DNA of 64,000 bases from Klebsormidium nitens (Eukaryota > Plantae > Klebsormidiophyceae): positions 1-64,000 of the forward strand of contig DF237117.1 in assembly GCA_000708835.1 (NCBI GenBank), given 5' to 3'. The notes under the pieces were generated by a model. It was not told the origin of the DNA. It saw only the letters and a program-made list of their open reading frames with translations, and ran no database searches. The translations under genes and the position numbers were made by a program. Below are positions 22,421 through 36,796 of the stretch, piece by piece (positions within the stretch are counted from its first letter, which is position 1; every line of letters begins with the position of its first letter).

Positions 22421-25400
22421 ATGCGCCATAAGGTCACGCACCACTTCTGGTTGCTGGATGGCGTTCGCATAGCTGCCTTCATTTGGACGGTGGCGCTTCA
22501 CACTGAAGCTATGTTGTTCCTGGCCGCCCCAGCCGACCAGGTTGAGGGGCATTACAACCGGAGCGCCAAAATGTTCTGGCACAGGTTGTTGTTTTGGCAG
22601 GTGAGGTATCGCAAGTGTACTTAGTTCCGTATTTGTTGGACGAAACAGGTGGTGGATGTATCCAACGAAAATATAAGCTTTCTGCATTGTGTTCGACGAC
22701 CAGTAAGTTGGTTCAATCTACCGCCTTGACAATCTATTAGGGTAGTTTTAAAGAGCTAGATTTAAGCGCAGGCGACCAACATGTGAAAGTGGAAGAGAGT
22801 CTGCTTGTACGATGTGTTTGAAGTGTTTTACTCTATGTGTCGGTCTTTAGTACCACCACCAATTGTCACTTTGAAATCTATGCTAATGCCAGAGTCGTAA
22901 ACCTTTGCCTGACCCGCTTTACCCTTCCAATCCTCAAGCCCCTTTCTTCCCTTAAAACGTTCCAGGAAAAAATAAAGTGCGTGAACACTTTCTGATGGCC
23001 ATTACACAACTTCAGCAGCCAAAGCAGGACCTGCGCTGATACGCATGTTTCCTACTTGAAAACCGGGTCAACTTTAACGGTCCCAGCCTCTGTACAATAT
23101 TCACCAACTTTTGATGGAGCGTTGGCAGCTCCCAGAAGCAACGACATCTATGTCTTTGGAGGTTGATACAAAAGTTCGGTTCTGCAGGGCCACTTTGCAC
23201 TGGACATCTTTATGCTCCTAAGCGGCTTCCTCTTCTCGGCTAGCTGTTCTCCTTCCGAAAAGGGCTCGCTCTGGATCGGCGTTTCATCCTGCCTCGTTCG
23301 ACGGCTCAGGCGCCTGGCACCGCTCTATTACCTGGTCCTTACAGTCCATCTGCTCACGCCAGCTCCAAGAAAGTGAGGCGCTCGCATTTATCCAATGATC
23401 TCTGCCTCGGTCCTCCAGTGCATATGATCCCGACCGCTGCCATCCAAAGCTTCTCTGGTTTTCTGATGAAGCTGTTCAACGGTCCAAGCAAATAGACGGC
23501 AAACTTGACCAGTCCAGTTTAGCTAAATTTTGTTAAGTGTCAAGCGTTCGTCAGCGACAGGCTTCATGCGTATAGCAACACCTTGGTCTTTCAAGCGGCT
23601 GCTACAGCAGCCAAGCCCTGTCAGTACGCGTGACAAAAGAACCAGTGTACTCGAATGACCGAGAATCGACAGAGAGGGAATTGGGAGATGCAAAGACAGC
23701 CTATGCTTATGGTCAGTCTGGTAGCAGTGGTCTTGGAAGGACGCCACTCAATATTGAATGGTCCAAGGCTTTCTTTAATTTCTTTGCAAACATACTTTTT
23801 AGTCTCGCTCTTACGTCGGGGCTCGACCTCCTATGTCTATTCAAAGGAGAGGGATTGTATTGCAGAAGTTGCTTTGCAATTCAGATTTTTGCGAAATTTT
23901 CAAGTGTCTGCTCCTTTAGTGGAAGCTCCTTGTCGTATTACCTTATTGGGTACAAAATCTTGGCGTCAAAGATCGAGCACTGGAAAGATCAATTAAAAAT
24001 GAAAGCTACTATACGCAGCTCACAAGAGGCTGTGTGCGCCACAGTGCAGGGAGAACGCATGGCGCGCTTTTCTTTTCCTGAGCAACACCGTGAGCGTCGA
24101 GCAGCAGTATCTCCCTCATACGTGGTCCGTCTCCTTAGACGTCCAGGTAAACCGAACCTTTCATGTCTTCTCCTTTTCTTTCTCGTGTTTTCTGTTTTCT
24201 TTCCTTCCTCTTCTCTTCTTCTTTTCCCTGACTGTCCCCGGTCTTGTCATTAACTTCTGCTCGGTTGCTGTGTTCACGCCTTCTGCATCCTTTGAGTTGT
24301 ACTTCGACCAGAGAGGCTGGGAAGTCGATCATGCCACTGTGACAGGTTGGCCCCACTTTATGTGAGGGCATGGGGATGTTTTGGGGTTACAAGCCGGTGA
24401 AGCAGTGCCAGGCTGGCCTGTTCATGTATCAAAACCTGACCACCTTGAAGTCGACGCTGACCTCCACGTTATATTTCCCCTTTGGTCTTTGATTGCAAAA
24501 TTTAGAGTCGAGGCAGGATCCTGGGGAGGATTCTGATTCGCTCCGTTATGTCGTTCTGGAACAAAGGCGTTCGGACACTGGGAAGTAGTCAGAGGCAAAC
24601 CCAGCCTCGGGCAAACTCTCTAACGTGCGGTCATAGGTGGTTCGATTTTTTACCAGATGGTAGGAGAGTAATCAACAAGCAATTAGGAGGCGAGCGTCTC
24701 TCGTAACGGCAGCAAACTCCCTGTGAAAAAGACGGTCCTAAGTGGGATCTGATGAAGTTTTAACCTTGCTGACCTTAAGTGAGTTCGGACAGGAAGCCTG
24801 TTTCAGCGACGGTCTTCAAACTCCTGTTGATTGATTGAAATTTTCGCTGACAGCCACTCCTATCATTTCAGCAGCACTCCGTACTTAGGCACTTCCTTTC
24901 GTCCCATCCACCATACCTTCCATGCGAAGACGTCCGTTTCTTCGAATCCGAAGGTGACGGTTGCCGAACAGAAAGCTGTGAGTTGCTCTTTGCAGGCCAC
25001 TATCGCTCTTTATCTGCTGCACCGATGGGCGGCTTCGACTCCCACACGCAGGAGTGGCGCCGAAACGGCGCCTGAATGCCGACGTGTCACTGCCAGATTG
25101 GCTTCTGCTGCAATCATCTTTACTCTGTACGGAGTGGGCATGTCCAGCTGGCTCGTGTACGGGGAACAGCGCTTCCGACTGCCTCTGAAGGTGATTTGTT
25201 TCGAGCTCTGGTTTAAGGACCGAGACGCGCAGTAAGAAAACCATTGCGTGGCCCTAGCCTGGCTGGTATCCTGTTCGTGACATTCTGTCGCTTCCAACAT
25301 GGTCTTATGGCGACACGCCTATAACGAGGCACTTCTAAGATGCACGTCGTTGTCTTCCGGAGACTTGTTGAATGTGTTGGGTTGGACGGATCCTGGACAG

Positions 25401-28067
25401 GTTGGCTTTGACGACTCCGCTCAATCTGCGTAGGACGGTACTTCTTTGGCAACAGACAGATTGCGAATTTTATACTGTTTCGTCGACCAGGGTTGCCTGA
25501 GCCTGTTTTCATGCTGGAGGCTTCTGCTTCTGACCTGTAGTCGTCCGGGTTTGACCTCTAAACGGAACCTCATCTTGAGATAGAAGTCTCCTCTAACAAA
25601 TTGTTTTCAGACACCCTTCTCTTGGGACGGCCTTTTCTTTGGCCCTCCCTTTGCTCAAGACTGGTGCATCAGTCGGATCCCGTCCCTGACAGCTGTCGTT
25701 TTGAATGATCCCGTTTCCTTTTGGACGCAACTCGCTTTCCTCAATTGGCCTCGCCCGCTGTGTAAACTCTTTCTCTTCGCACGGACTGTACCTGCAACAG
25801 AGCTGGAGTTCGGAGACAATCTGCTTTGGAAAGAAGTCACGTCGGACAGTACTTTGACTTGAGTTGACTCTCGGGTTTTCGCAGGTCCTTGGGCACGAAG
25901 CCTTCCGGAACTCTGGCGTCGACCTCTCCTCCGCTTATCAAACCTTTTACGAAATCGTGTACCTTTGTAAGTTGTCTCTCATCGAACACTCTCCCATGAA
26001 AACTCGAGTTGTTTGCATTTGGCGTCTCTAGAAGCTCGGTGTCACCATAGGGCCATGGCTCGTGAGAGTTGGTGTTGCTGATGGCTTCCGCTGCACGAGA
26101 TACTTTTGCTTCGTGGTGACAGGACCGCTCACGCGAAGGCCAGAGCCCTTGCAAGGAGCCGTTTCTCTGTCATTATTCGCCCATGTGTTTTGCAGCGCGC
26201 TCTTTCATTTGGGTCTGGCTTCATTGAGCCTTTACAACAATCGATGCGTCCGTTTGTACTACTGCTGAATTCATAACTCGTGGAAGCGGCAGCATTCCTG
26301 GTCAACCACAGTTGACAGCTCAAGCGCTTGCTTGACGGGTTGGCCTCCTATGAATGTCACGTTTAAATTTGACGTGAAAAGGCAATGTCGACAGGTCAGA
26401 CTTGAGTTTAAGGAATCGAAAAACTGCTCGACCCTATACTGTCTATTTGAGGTTAGTGTGCACGAAAGGAACCGTCACAAGCTTCGTATTGACTCTGCAT
26501 CAACCTCAGAGAGTCCCACTCCGTGATACCGCCGTACAGAATAGACAACGATTGGATCTCACGTCTTATACTGTACCGGAGCAAGACTTTGCTGATTGGA
26601 CGACTTCGGCTTAAGAAGCACGACGCTGGATCTCCAATGTCCACGTTGGATTTGAAAACAAATGAGACCGTAGTCCGGCTTTCCGAAGCCTGACTTGGAT
26701 TCCTTGCTTTCTTTCAGCACTCCCAGTCCGATTGCCGGCGTACCTGGTCGGATCCGTTCTCTGGCACATGAAGTACGGACGCGGAATTTCGACGGCCGTT
26801 CCGGAACCGCACAAGCTGGGACTGAGCTTCCTTGCTACGGCGCTGTGGTGAGTTGGTGACAAATTGGTGTTGTTAGGTGGGGTTTTGGACTTGCTTTGAT
26901 CCATAGATGTGAGAACGAGGTTTGAGTTGCTCGCACGTTTCAGACATGCTATTTGATATCCCTCGGTCCTCGAGCAAAGCAAAGTTCTCTAAAGCCTCCT
27001 TTTCTATTCAAAAGGGAACATCAGCAAACAGCAGAAAGCTGAAAAGAGACTACAGTTTGTCGTGTATGCTAGAGCTGAGACCTTGACATCCGCCCCAGGC
27101 TCGTTCGTCGTTGGTGTTCGAAGATTAGGTCCTGAACCCTTGAACACAGCCTGCCCGTCTTTCCCTCGCCTTGCCCTTGTCGACGACGTCAGGATTCCTC
27201 ACCTGATAAGCTCTGCATAATACTCCGTCTAGATTACTGCGAGTCCCGGCGAGTCCCGTCTCTTGACAGGGTTTGGCTCGTTCTTCTCCGACCCATCACT
27301 GTGGCACGTCAACTTTAGGCAGGTCCTTGGATGAGTTTCTGGTCGACGTCCTTTTTGAGTCAAATCGTAACTACAACATTGAGTCGGGGTTCCGTAGAAA
27401 AGATTGAGAGTCCGTTCCTGACTCCTGTGTTAACTATCCTCCCAGGTACTCGTGCCTCGCTCTGCCGTTCTCCTCGTCGGCGGGCCTGGCTGACTACAGC
27501 GCAATCACATCCGTAGGAGTTGCGGCAGTCGCGAGGCCCGCTGCTGCCCTCGCCACTGCAATTTTGCTGTACGCATGGCTTCCTAACAAACAGAAACTTC
27601 CGGAACCTCATCAACAACCGCTGGAAGGGTCTCTTCGTTCAGAAGCGCTTGAGCGAGTTGAGAGATTGGGGGTCTGCCAAGTTGAGTCGATTGAATCGGT
27701 GGGAGGGGGAGCGAAAGAGCTGAAGGTTGGGACACGAAGGAGAACGAGAGGCAACGCTAGTGGGTCAAATGCTAGGGAGTCGACGGCTGAAAGCATGGGT
27801 GAATATAAGTCGAAACGATTGCCCGGATGGTTGGAAGGAGTTACTGGGAAGTTAGCTTCTCTGTCCTACTGTGCGTACCTTCTGCACGTTTCAATCATTG
27901 GAGCATTGCTAATAGCGTTTGGGGAAAAGGCCGCTTTGGTGGAGGACTCCTCATTTTATGCTCGAGGAGACGGCTTGTCAAGTATGTTGAGTCTGGTTAG
28001 CTGCGCAGGACTGATACTCAGTTTCGTTGTGGCTTCTCTACTGAGCCATATGCCAGACAAGGTTTGA
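22421..28067 (+). CDS. Acyltransferase family 3 (OafA/NRF-6-like) membrane protein; middle exons unresolved, possibly a pseudogene
   Basis: Exon 22421-22600 LDGVRIAAFIWTVALH; exon 23188-23372 GHFALDIFMLLSGFL...RRLRRLAPLYY; final exon ~27447-28067 LASLSYCAYLLH...LSFVVASLL. The segment at 24405-24490 resembles the C..LFMYQN / LEVD..LH.IFPL motifs only with a frameshift. Confidence 0.65.
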
Positions 28068-28816
28068 GGCAAAATGGAGTGTAGAGGCGCTGGACAGCTC
28101 CACGCAGATGGTTCTCATCACCCACAGCGAGTAGGTGCCTTTATGAATCTGCTCGGAGCGCGTGGCGATGTGGTTGGAGACCAAAGCAAGCGAATCGCGG
28201 ATCCCGCATGGTCTCTAGCAGAAATGCCAAGCGCTCCGCTGAGCGGCTCTCAAGGCCATCTATTTGCAAGTTACTGTTGAATTTAAAAGCGTTGCAATGA
28301 GGCGGCATCCATCCATCACACTATGTCACGCGATGGCCACATGGACGACACTTTATCAGACTGAATTTTCGGAATGCATCATGCCATGCAGGGTGCTATA
28401 ATATCAGTAATGCTAATCAACACCAAGCGTCTGCACATGCTGAATTCGGTTTCTATACGATATAGCTGAAACGGTCCATGGCTGCTGTATGCACGTTGCA
28501 AAGCATTGCGCATGATTCATATGTATAATGTAGCCAGCTGCCCTGGCGGATTCCGGTGGGCCGGACAGAGCGGAGAGACTAGAGAACTCGTCAAGCTGCC
28601 CGTGCCAGCATTTCCCTAGCTGTCTGAAGTCAGAACAGCTCTGCAAATCGCGCATTGAACTTGCGTTGGCGAAAGTTCTGTGGATTCCAACTTTCCTCAT
28701 ACATAAGTTTTAGCTGCCAGTGTGATTGGCATTGCTGCAAGCTATCCGCAAGTTCTTATTTTGTCACGGGTGGCACTCACTTTCCTGTCATTGTTCGCTG
28801 TTGCGATCAGGCAGAC

Positions 28817-31800
28817 ATGGAAGATCTCTTTGGGAAAGCCTTGGGTGCCCTTGAGGGCACTGGGGCAAAAGCGCTGAGCGCTTTGGAATCTTCCTTGAAC
28901 GAATATCCAGAGGCCAACCTGGCTGCCATTCCTGCTGCTCCAAAATCACTCCCTGAAACTGCACCTGTCGCTCCATCAGCGCTATCTGCTGCAGAACATG
29001 TCTTATCTTTCTGGGAAAACCTGGACCTTGAGAGCAGAAAGACGCAGTGGGACAAGATTGGCGTGCAGATCAGCCAGTTCCAGGATACGTCCGCTCAGAA
29101 CAGGCGCAGCCTGGCAGAACAGACCAAGGCCTACAGGAGTGGAACGGCCTCAGAGGCGGAGAAGCGAAAGCTGATCCCGCTTTATCAGGCGGAGATTGAC
29201 AGTTTGACAAAGAGGGCGAAGTATGCGGAGAGCAGCTGGAGCAGCATGTATCAGCTTCTGTGTGATGCGCCAGACGTCGTGCCTACTCTCAGCTCCATGC
29301 TGGAGATGTCTGAGCGGGTTGTGGAAGCGGAAGGGGAGGCGAGGAAGTGCCGGCAGGAGTTGGAGGCAAGTTCTTCACATCCCCAGAGAATTTCAATATG
29401 CTTTTGATTGTCAGCATTGGCACTGTGTGTGCCATGGGATATTACATTCGCCCTCCTTTGGCAGCTTCGCGCCAAAGAGCAACTTGAAGTTCTTGATGGC
29501 ATCATCGGCATCAAGGATAGAAAAAGTTTTTAATTCTACAGAATGTAATCCCCAACTTATGACAGGAACGAAGTAACTCTAGACACCTGAACCCATACAT
29601 TTACCTGGTCGGCACCTGTGCCCCACCCTAAGCACCCCAACTGACCATACCCGTCCCGGGATTACTTGAGCTCAATTTAAACTTCTGAGAGACCAACGCA
29701 GATGTTGCTTTGGAGTGGTGGTATGCCCCTCTAATTTTTACAGGTGAACGAGAAAGGTCTGCCTTCAATTATGAGCAGATATGAGAAATGCACTTCAAGA
29801 AGTCAAACACCCAACAATGGGGTCTTGTCTGGGCCAAGTAGCACAGCATTGAGAAGCCATGCGTGCAGTGAAGTGGGGGCATTTAGTTTTTCTCTCATAT
29901 ATTTTGCACCACCTCAGTGGATAGCAGCCCGTCGTGAACGCCCCTGTGACTTGCCCCAAGCTTGATATTCTAATTTAGGAATGAGGTGACGATTTGTTTC
30001 AGCGTCAAAGGATTGACTGGATTTAAAGCTGAGGTTGTTGAATATGCATCGGTTTGCAGATGGCACGGAAGGAGGCTGGCAGTGCCAAGGCACTGCAAAC
30101 AGCAAATCGGAGACTGGAGGAACATTGTTTGGAGCTGGTAAGCTGTTGGCTTTCTCCGTGACTGGGAACTGCCGGACGCGGAAAGGAGAACATTTGTTGG
30201 TTACTCTGACCGTTTAGCCGTAGGAGCAATACTTGATGCCTTCAGCTTTGTGATTGTTCCGTTTCTGTCAATTCTTGTTTCCTTTGTCATACAGCTCGTA
30301 GGAAGTCGTTGCCTCGAAAGCATGCCTGCGAAATGTTTCTCTAGGTCAGCGAACATCTTTTTTTGTCTTGCTTCTTTCAAAAAAGGCTGCTTTCCCCTCG
30401 GGAAGTTCTAGCTATGATTCTTACACCATGTTATGAAGAATGGCAGTGCTTCAGAAGCTAAAAATTCATGAATCAAGCAAGCGGTGAGGTCAAGGCTTGT
30501 TCAAGACTGTGAAAATAAGCACAAACGGAGTACAAGAGATACATCTGACCCTCTTGTTGGCTGCTTGATGGAGAGAACCCCGAAAGTTTTGTGTCAATGC
30601 CGATTGTAGCTGCGGTCGAACCAGGCAGCAGGCGGACTCCTCAAGAAAGTGTATCTGGTTGCCACCAAAAAACTCTTTGTCCCATCACTTTGCGATGAAC
30701 TGCTGTTCAAGTCTAATACACCCACTGCTCCTCCCAGCCCCTTGTTGACTCATAGTTGGGTTTCCACTTCTAACCGACTTCACACAACTGCAGGAAAGCG
30801 CTATGGACCGGAAAGTTGAGGAGGCGGTCGCGCTGCGCCTCAAAGAAGCAGAGCGGGAGAGGGATACATTCCAAGCCACAGAAGTCGCACTCGCAGCCCA
30901 GCTGGACTCCGCAAAAGAGGCGCTCCAAACCCTCCAAAGACTGCACGACAAAACTCAAAGCCAGTTGTTCGATCTACAAAGCGAGTCAGAGGCGAGAAAG
31001 GCCGCTAAGCAGTACGAGCTCGAAGGGTTGATGGAGGAACTAGAGAAGGCGCAGGCGCGTGCCGAGGGTTTGGAACGCGTTAATGCGGGGTTAGCCCGGG
31101 AGTTGGAGGGGGTTAAGGCGGGGTCAAGGGAGAAGCCGAACGTGAGCGACATGGAGGGGAATCTGCAGAGCAAGGAGGAGCTGATCTCGAGGCTGCACCA
31201 GCAGATGCAGCAGCTAGAGCAGGAACTAGCGGTGAGATTTTTTGCAATTCAAGTTCTGCGATCATCGGTGGACAGAACAGAGAAAGGCTGTAGATGGACT
31301 TGTCTTGTGGAAGGAGGGCCAAAACCGTGGAGGCGGTCTTCTGCTGCCTATGAAAATACCCGTCTGTTTTTGGGGATATGCTTTTCAACTTTTAGCAGAA
31401 GTTGGTAGCGAGTTTTTTTCAAGTGTGATCCTTCTTCTTCCTGGTGGACGGGGGTAGGGCCCAGTTGCTTTTCGTCTTGGTCCTCAAAGAGACTTACTAA
31501 GATGACTCTCAGCGGACAAAATGCGACCCTAAAGTTGAACGGTTGATACTTTTGAAAGCACGAAGGAGCACAACCACAAACTTCGGGCCTTGCTCGACAG
31601 TCGGCTATTGTGGCTTGCGACGCAGAAGGTCTCCTTTTTTCTTGTGAGCATATTCGGCCATCCTTTTTCTTCTTCAATCCGACCTTAATTCGTACAAAAG
31701 ACGACTGAGAGACTAACGGAGGGTCTGCGGTTTACAGAAGCAAAAGGGTGCAAGTCAACCGTGGTCCTATCAAAATTTTTAGTCAAGCCTCTTATTCTAT

Positions 31801-34800
31801 AACATCTGGCGTGGCATTTCAGGCACTGCAGCTGGCGACCCTGATCAAAGGCAGGGGCGGAAATATATTGTTATCAGGTGCTGAATGTAGGGTCTCCTTA
31901 AAGAGGGCGTGCCCCTATAAGACCCCTCTTCCTAAGACAAGATTGTGCCCGGGGATTCACGGCTTAGCATAGTGGCAGAGCGCTCTCCCGCATGTCATAA
32001 AATCACGGCTTCGATTCTCGGTAAAACGGGCTTCTTTTGCGTACCCTTTGGTTCCCTACAGAGCTACGCACACAGATTCACAGTGCTTTCCCTCAAGGTG
32101 AACTTGTTATAGACTGGAATTGAAACTCTTGGACTTGGGAGATCCAAGATGTACGACCCGGAGATCCGGCGCTTTGCGGCGCAGATCTCAAAATTTTCAC
32201 AGCAACATGATGTTCAGCCGTGGTTCTCCGCCCGGACTCGGTGTGGATTACAAGCTGCCGTACGGCGTTGCTTGAAATCTTCAACCGGTCGCTAGATTTA
32301 AAGTTCACGGTGATACCGTCGATCGCTTCCACCGTCATGGAACGCCCCTTTTAAGGTTTGATTGCTCATTTGTTCACCAGATCTGGAAAGGCCCTCGTGA
32401 ACTCTCGATCAGCAATGTAAAGCCTGATCTTTTATCGTTGCAGGCTGAGCGGGCCTCTGCAGCAGAAGCGGAGCAGCGCCTCCAAGCGGAAGTCGATGAC
32501 GTCAGCAAAGAGCGGGACAGCCTGCAAGAGGAGCTGAGCGCGCGGCCGACCGCTGAGCAGTTGGAGGAGCTCCGAAAGAAGGTGAGCAGCGTTCACACGC
32601 ATCTACTTCCCAGTCGTGACCGCATACCCTGTCCGAATGGTGAGGGTAATACCACGACCCTATGGTATTGCCTCTGCGGAAAAATTGTCGAAACGACGTC
32701 GACGAAAAGAACAGCGTTGAGAAAAAGATTTCGAAACCAATGCCCACAATCGGTTCAACTTCTATGACCACAGCTTACCGGATCGGGGCCCTATGCATTC
32801 CGCATATGCAAGCTAGTGTGGACCCATGTCTTTGAGCCGCCCATCTCTTATGATGAGAGCCGTTCCCGTATGCAGATCCGCATATTGCAAGCGCTTGTCG
32901 GGACCGACGTGGACGAGACGTGGGACGAGGACGGCGCTGAGGATGACGAAAGCGCGCGCATCAGCGGGATTCTGAAGGTGGGCGCTTCTGTCTCGTCTCT
33001 GGACATGCAAGGTCTTATGAAATTCCAGAAAGCAAAACGAAGAAAAAGCATCTTCAAGCTCTTCTCGATCGCCCGTGTCGTCGTGTCCAGCGCCTCCTCG
33101 TTTGAGCTCAAAGCGGGAGCAAAAATGTGACTTATGTGCATGTTCGATGTCCGCATTCACAAAATCGTTGTAAACGGTGACCTTGCAAGTTCAAAGATGG
33201 CGGGAGTGCTCAGGTCAACGGCGTACGAGCGGCCAACTTATTGAGTTGTTCCTCGAGACCATATTTGCTAACTTGTAGCGCATTTGTTCTCTTTAGGCAA
33301 TAAGAAAGCAAAGAACACCAGATCAAAAGAGGCAAAGAGAAAAAACGATAACACATGCGAATGCTCCTTCGCAGGACACGAACCGAAAACTAGCGGCGGA
33401 GCTCACGGCCGCCCGGATTGCGCTGGGCGACCGAGACAACGAACTAGGCGCGGCGCGCGGCCGGGTCGAGGAGCTGGAGGAGAGCCAGCGGGAACTTGAG
33501 GGCCTGGTAAAGAAACTAGAGGACGACCTTGTGACGGTGAGGGATCCAGAGTCTGGGTTTCTGAATTTCCACTTTACGCTTCTGCTGACTGTCGACCTTG
33601 CTTTGGAAAAGTGAGACAAACTTGCTCTGGAGAGTGAGAGAGAGGGAGACGGAAAAGAGGAGTGGAAAAGTTTGGAAGGTGCTTTTGAAACATTGGGCGC
33701 TCGAGGCAACAAGGTTCCGAAGTTCCGATGTTGCATTGCCTCCTATTTGCTTCAGAAGTCTTGGGTTGATAAAACACAGGATCAGATGATCTAACGCACG
33801 GGGCAGAGCAGATAACCCAAGAAGCAATTAAATGAGCAACGACTTGACTCACAAACATACAAACTGATGAGCGAACTAGAAACGGACGAACTGACGAACG
33901 AAGTAATGGACGAAGCGACGAACAGAGTAACGAACAAACACATCGAGCGACCAGGGCGCAGCGACTGCTGGACGGACGCTCTAAAATGGGTACGGGTATG
34001 GACCAGGGGAACCTGATGGGTTAGGGTACGACTTAAAATGTCCGAGCTCTGGATTCCTGAATCGTCAAGTCATCCTGCCCAGGCTCAAGGCGCACGCAGC
34101 AGCGACAGCTGGACGGACAGTCAACCGCGCGGAAAAGGTAGGGTCAGCCTGGGAGGTTAGGGTGGGCACGCGTCTGGACCTGGTGATCTGACGGGTTAAG
34201 GTTTTGATTGTAGCTTACTATTTTTGAAAGCTCAGCAGTCCTCAATCACACGTCATTCTTTCCAGGCCCAAGGCGCAGGTGGTGGCGACAGCTGGCAGGA
34301 CGGTCCGCCCACCATCGACCGGCTGCTGTCCGGTGCCCGTCCGGAGGCGTCCGGCTCGAGCGGCGAGGCCGCGCCTGTAGAGGGGTCCATGCTCGGGATC
34401 GTGACGGCGCAGCGGGAGCGGTTCCGGAAACGAGTGGCGGACCTGGAAACGGAATACGGACGGCTGCTTGACAGTCTAGGTAAGACTCTCAGGCCATATC
34501 ACCCTTCGTCCATGTTTCGGCGGCAAACTTGAGTGCGTAGTTAATGCGCTTCGAAAACTGTGAGAAAGAAGGATTCATGGCCGGAGTCCGTGATGGCGCA
34601 CCGGGAGCACTTCCGGAACGGGTGACGAATTTGGAATCGGAAAACGGACAGCTGCTTGACAGCCTAGTGAGAATCTCCGGTTGGAATGGGGACTGTCAAG
34701 TTCGTCTTCAGTCTTGAGCTTAGGACTTTGATATAAGGCTTTGAAGTCGGAGGGTCGTGACCTCAGGATCGTGACAGCGCAATGGGAACTCATAGTAGGA

Positions 34801-36796
34801 TTGCGCAGCGGGAATCCGAGATGGAGAGCGGCTGGTTACTTGAAACCCTGAGTAGGATCAGGTTCTTCATCATCGCTCCTCCTTTTCGAGCCTTTCGTGT
34901 GTGTTTGTCTTGAGAAGAGTCTCTTGCTGGCAGTCTGGGTAAGCTTTTAAGTCGAGATGTTCACAAGGGGGCTTCCCTATTCCGAGCTCAATATCTCGTG
35001 CCGTTACAGGACCCCTCCGTTTCACGTACGGCCCTTCGAACCCAACTTCGGATAGATAAGCGAAGACAAGCTCAAGTCAGTATAGAAGCCATCTTCATTG
35101 TGGTGTGCCCCTTATTTCCTCTGACCGCACCCCTTTCTTCCCCCACAGGGCGGGCCCAACAGGAGACCGCCAAGCTGACGTCAGACAACGTCAGCTTGTA
35201 CCAAAAGATCCGCTTCCTGGAAAACTTCAACTCCCAGAAAGCGCCAGAGTCCAAAATCCGACGGGTCGGGGGGCAACAAACCGGGAACGTGACAGTTGTG
35301 GGGGGCACTGGGGCGGGGCGAAAAAGCAGTCGGTACGCGTGTTTCAGCATGGATGACCCAGGGGGTTTTGAGGGGGGGCGGCAGCCGAGAGACGAGGAAC
35401 TGGCGGGGGGTGGGACCGGCCCAGGTGAGCGGTTCCTTGGTCTCCTTATGCCCTTGTTTATCGTGGCCTCAACTCCACACGGGTGTCACGCTTCGGTGTC
35501 TCCCAGGAAAGTTGTGCGCTTTCTCCCTTGTCGTGCTATGGCCGACGTCGCGGTCGCTTTCGACGTGCGCAGCCTCTCGGGTTGTTCAGGTTGGCCCTCC
35601 ACATAGTGGAGATGAGTTGCAGGCCTCTCGAAAGTTTCTCACATGCTTGACAGACAGCGAAGAGGCGCTTCGTTGGGGAGAAAAGCGCAGTCTAGATTTT
35701 TGTTGCCAATTCCAGGTAGCGACAGCTTTGGATACTTCGGAAGGCCTAAGTGTCTTCCTACTCAAAGTTCAAGAGTAGAAAGAGTGCTAAGGCAGGTTAT
35801 CTCCGAGCGAAGGCCACCCTTGAGAGCGTGCAGGTTGCCTCCGAAACGATTCTCGTCTATGCGGACCCTCTTTTGAACGTGCTCGTTCTCAATCCCCAGC
35901 TGCTGAGGTGCGAAGCCGGGAAAGTACACAGACTACGGGCGACCTTTTCTCGAGCTGGAGGCACCCATTGACAGTGCAAAAATTGCTCTTCAAAATGTTT
36001 TCTTTTTCACGCGAGACGCCTTCCTGAAGGCTTCTCTACTGCCGTCTCCAGGGGCTGAGGTGCGGTACCGAAAGATGTACGAGGACCGAATGGACCCCTT
36101 CAAGGAGTTTCATCAACGAGAGCAGGAGCAAAGCTACCGGAGCTTACGGCTCCACGACAAGGTGAGTTGCTGCAGTCTCCTGTAGCGGATGCGAAATTGT
36201 GTGAAAGGAGTACAGTCTCATTTCAAATCCTTAGACCTGCAAGCAGTTGGCGCTGGCCGAATTTGAGGTATGAGGCGCTGTAGCCTCACTGTTGCGACTT
36301 GCAATCCTCCTGATAATCGGTTCACTGTATTTGTGCGAACCGTTGGGGCGCTTTCTCTCTCGATCAGAAGCAGTGGAGGTCGAAGCGTCAGAAAACGGAT
36401 TCGCAAGCGCACTGAACTGCCCAAAAGCGTCTCTCAACGACTCTGCAAAGTACCTTCAACCGTTCGGCTTCTGCCTCTCACAAAAATCCAACCATTCCGC
36501 AGATCACGCTGACGAGCGGGCGCTTCTTCCTGAGCAACAAGTATGCGCGCACCTTCATCTTCTTCTACACGATCCTGCTTCACTTCCTCATCTTCTTCAT
36601 TTTGTACAACCTGTCAGTGTGTAGTCGGGGTGCGGTAACGGAAGTTAGCGCCAGCCAATTACCGCAAGACTTGTTGGATAACGTTGGGTTAGCAGGACAC
36701 GTGGAGGCCGGGGGAGAGCGGACCTTGGGGGATGTGATTGCGGAGAAGATGGGCTCTTTGATGGAGGGCGCGAAGAACCTCACAACAGCAACGTAA
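28817..36796 (+). CDS. CASP: Golgin CASP (CUX1 alternatively spliced product / COY1 homologue), 10 exons, ~786 aa
   Basis: Exons 28817-29365, 30060-30137, 30794-31231, 32444-32581, 32876-32977, 33375-33536, 34266-34479, 35149-35424, 36052-36161, 36503-36796 (2361 nt). Motifs: SFWENLDL, YQAEIDSLTKRAKYAE, QRERFRKR, DNVSLYQKIRFL, YEDRMDPF, and the C-terminal TM segment SNKYARTFIFFYTILLHFLIF. Intron 1 is GC-AG. Confidence 0.92.
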
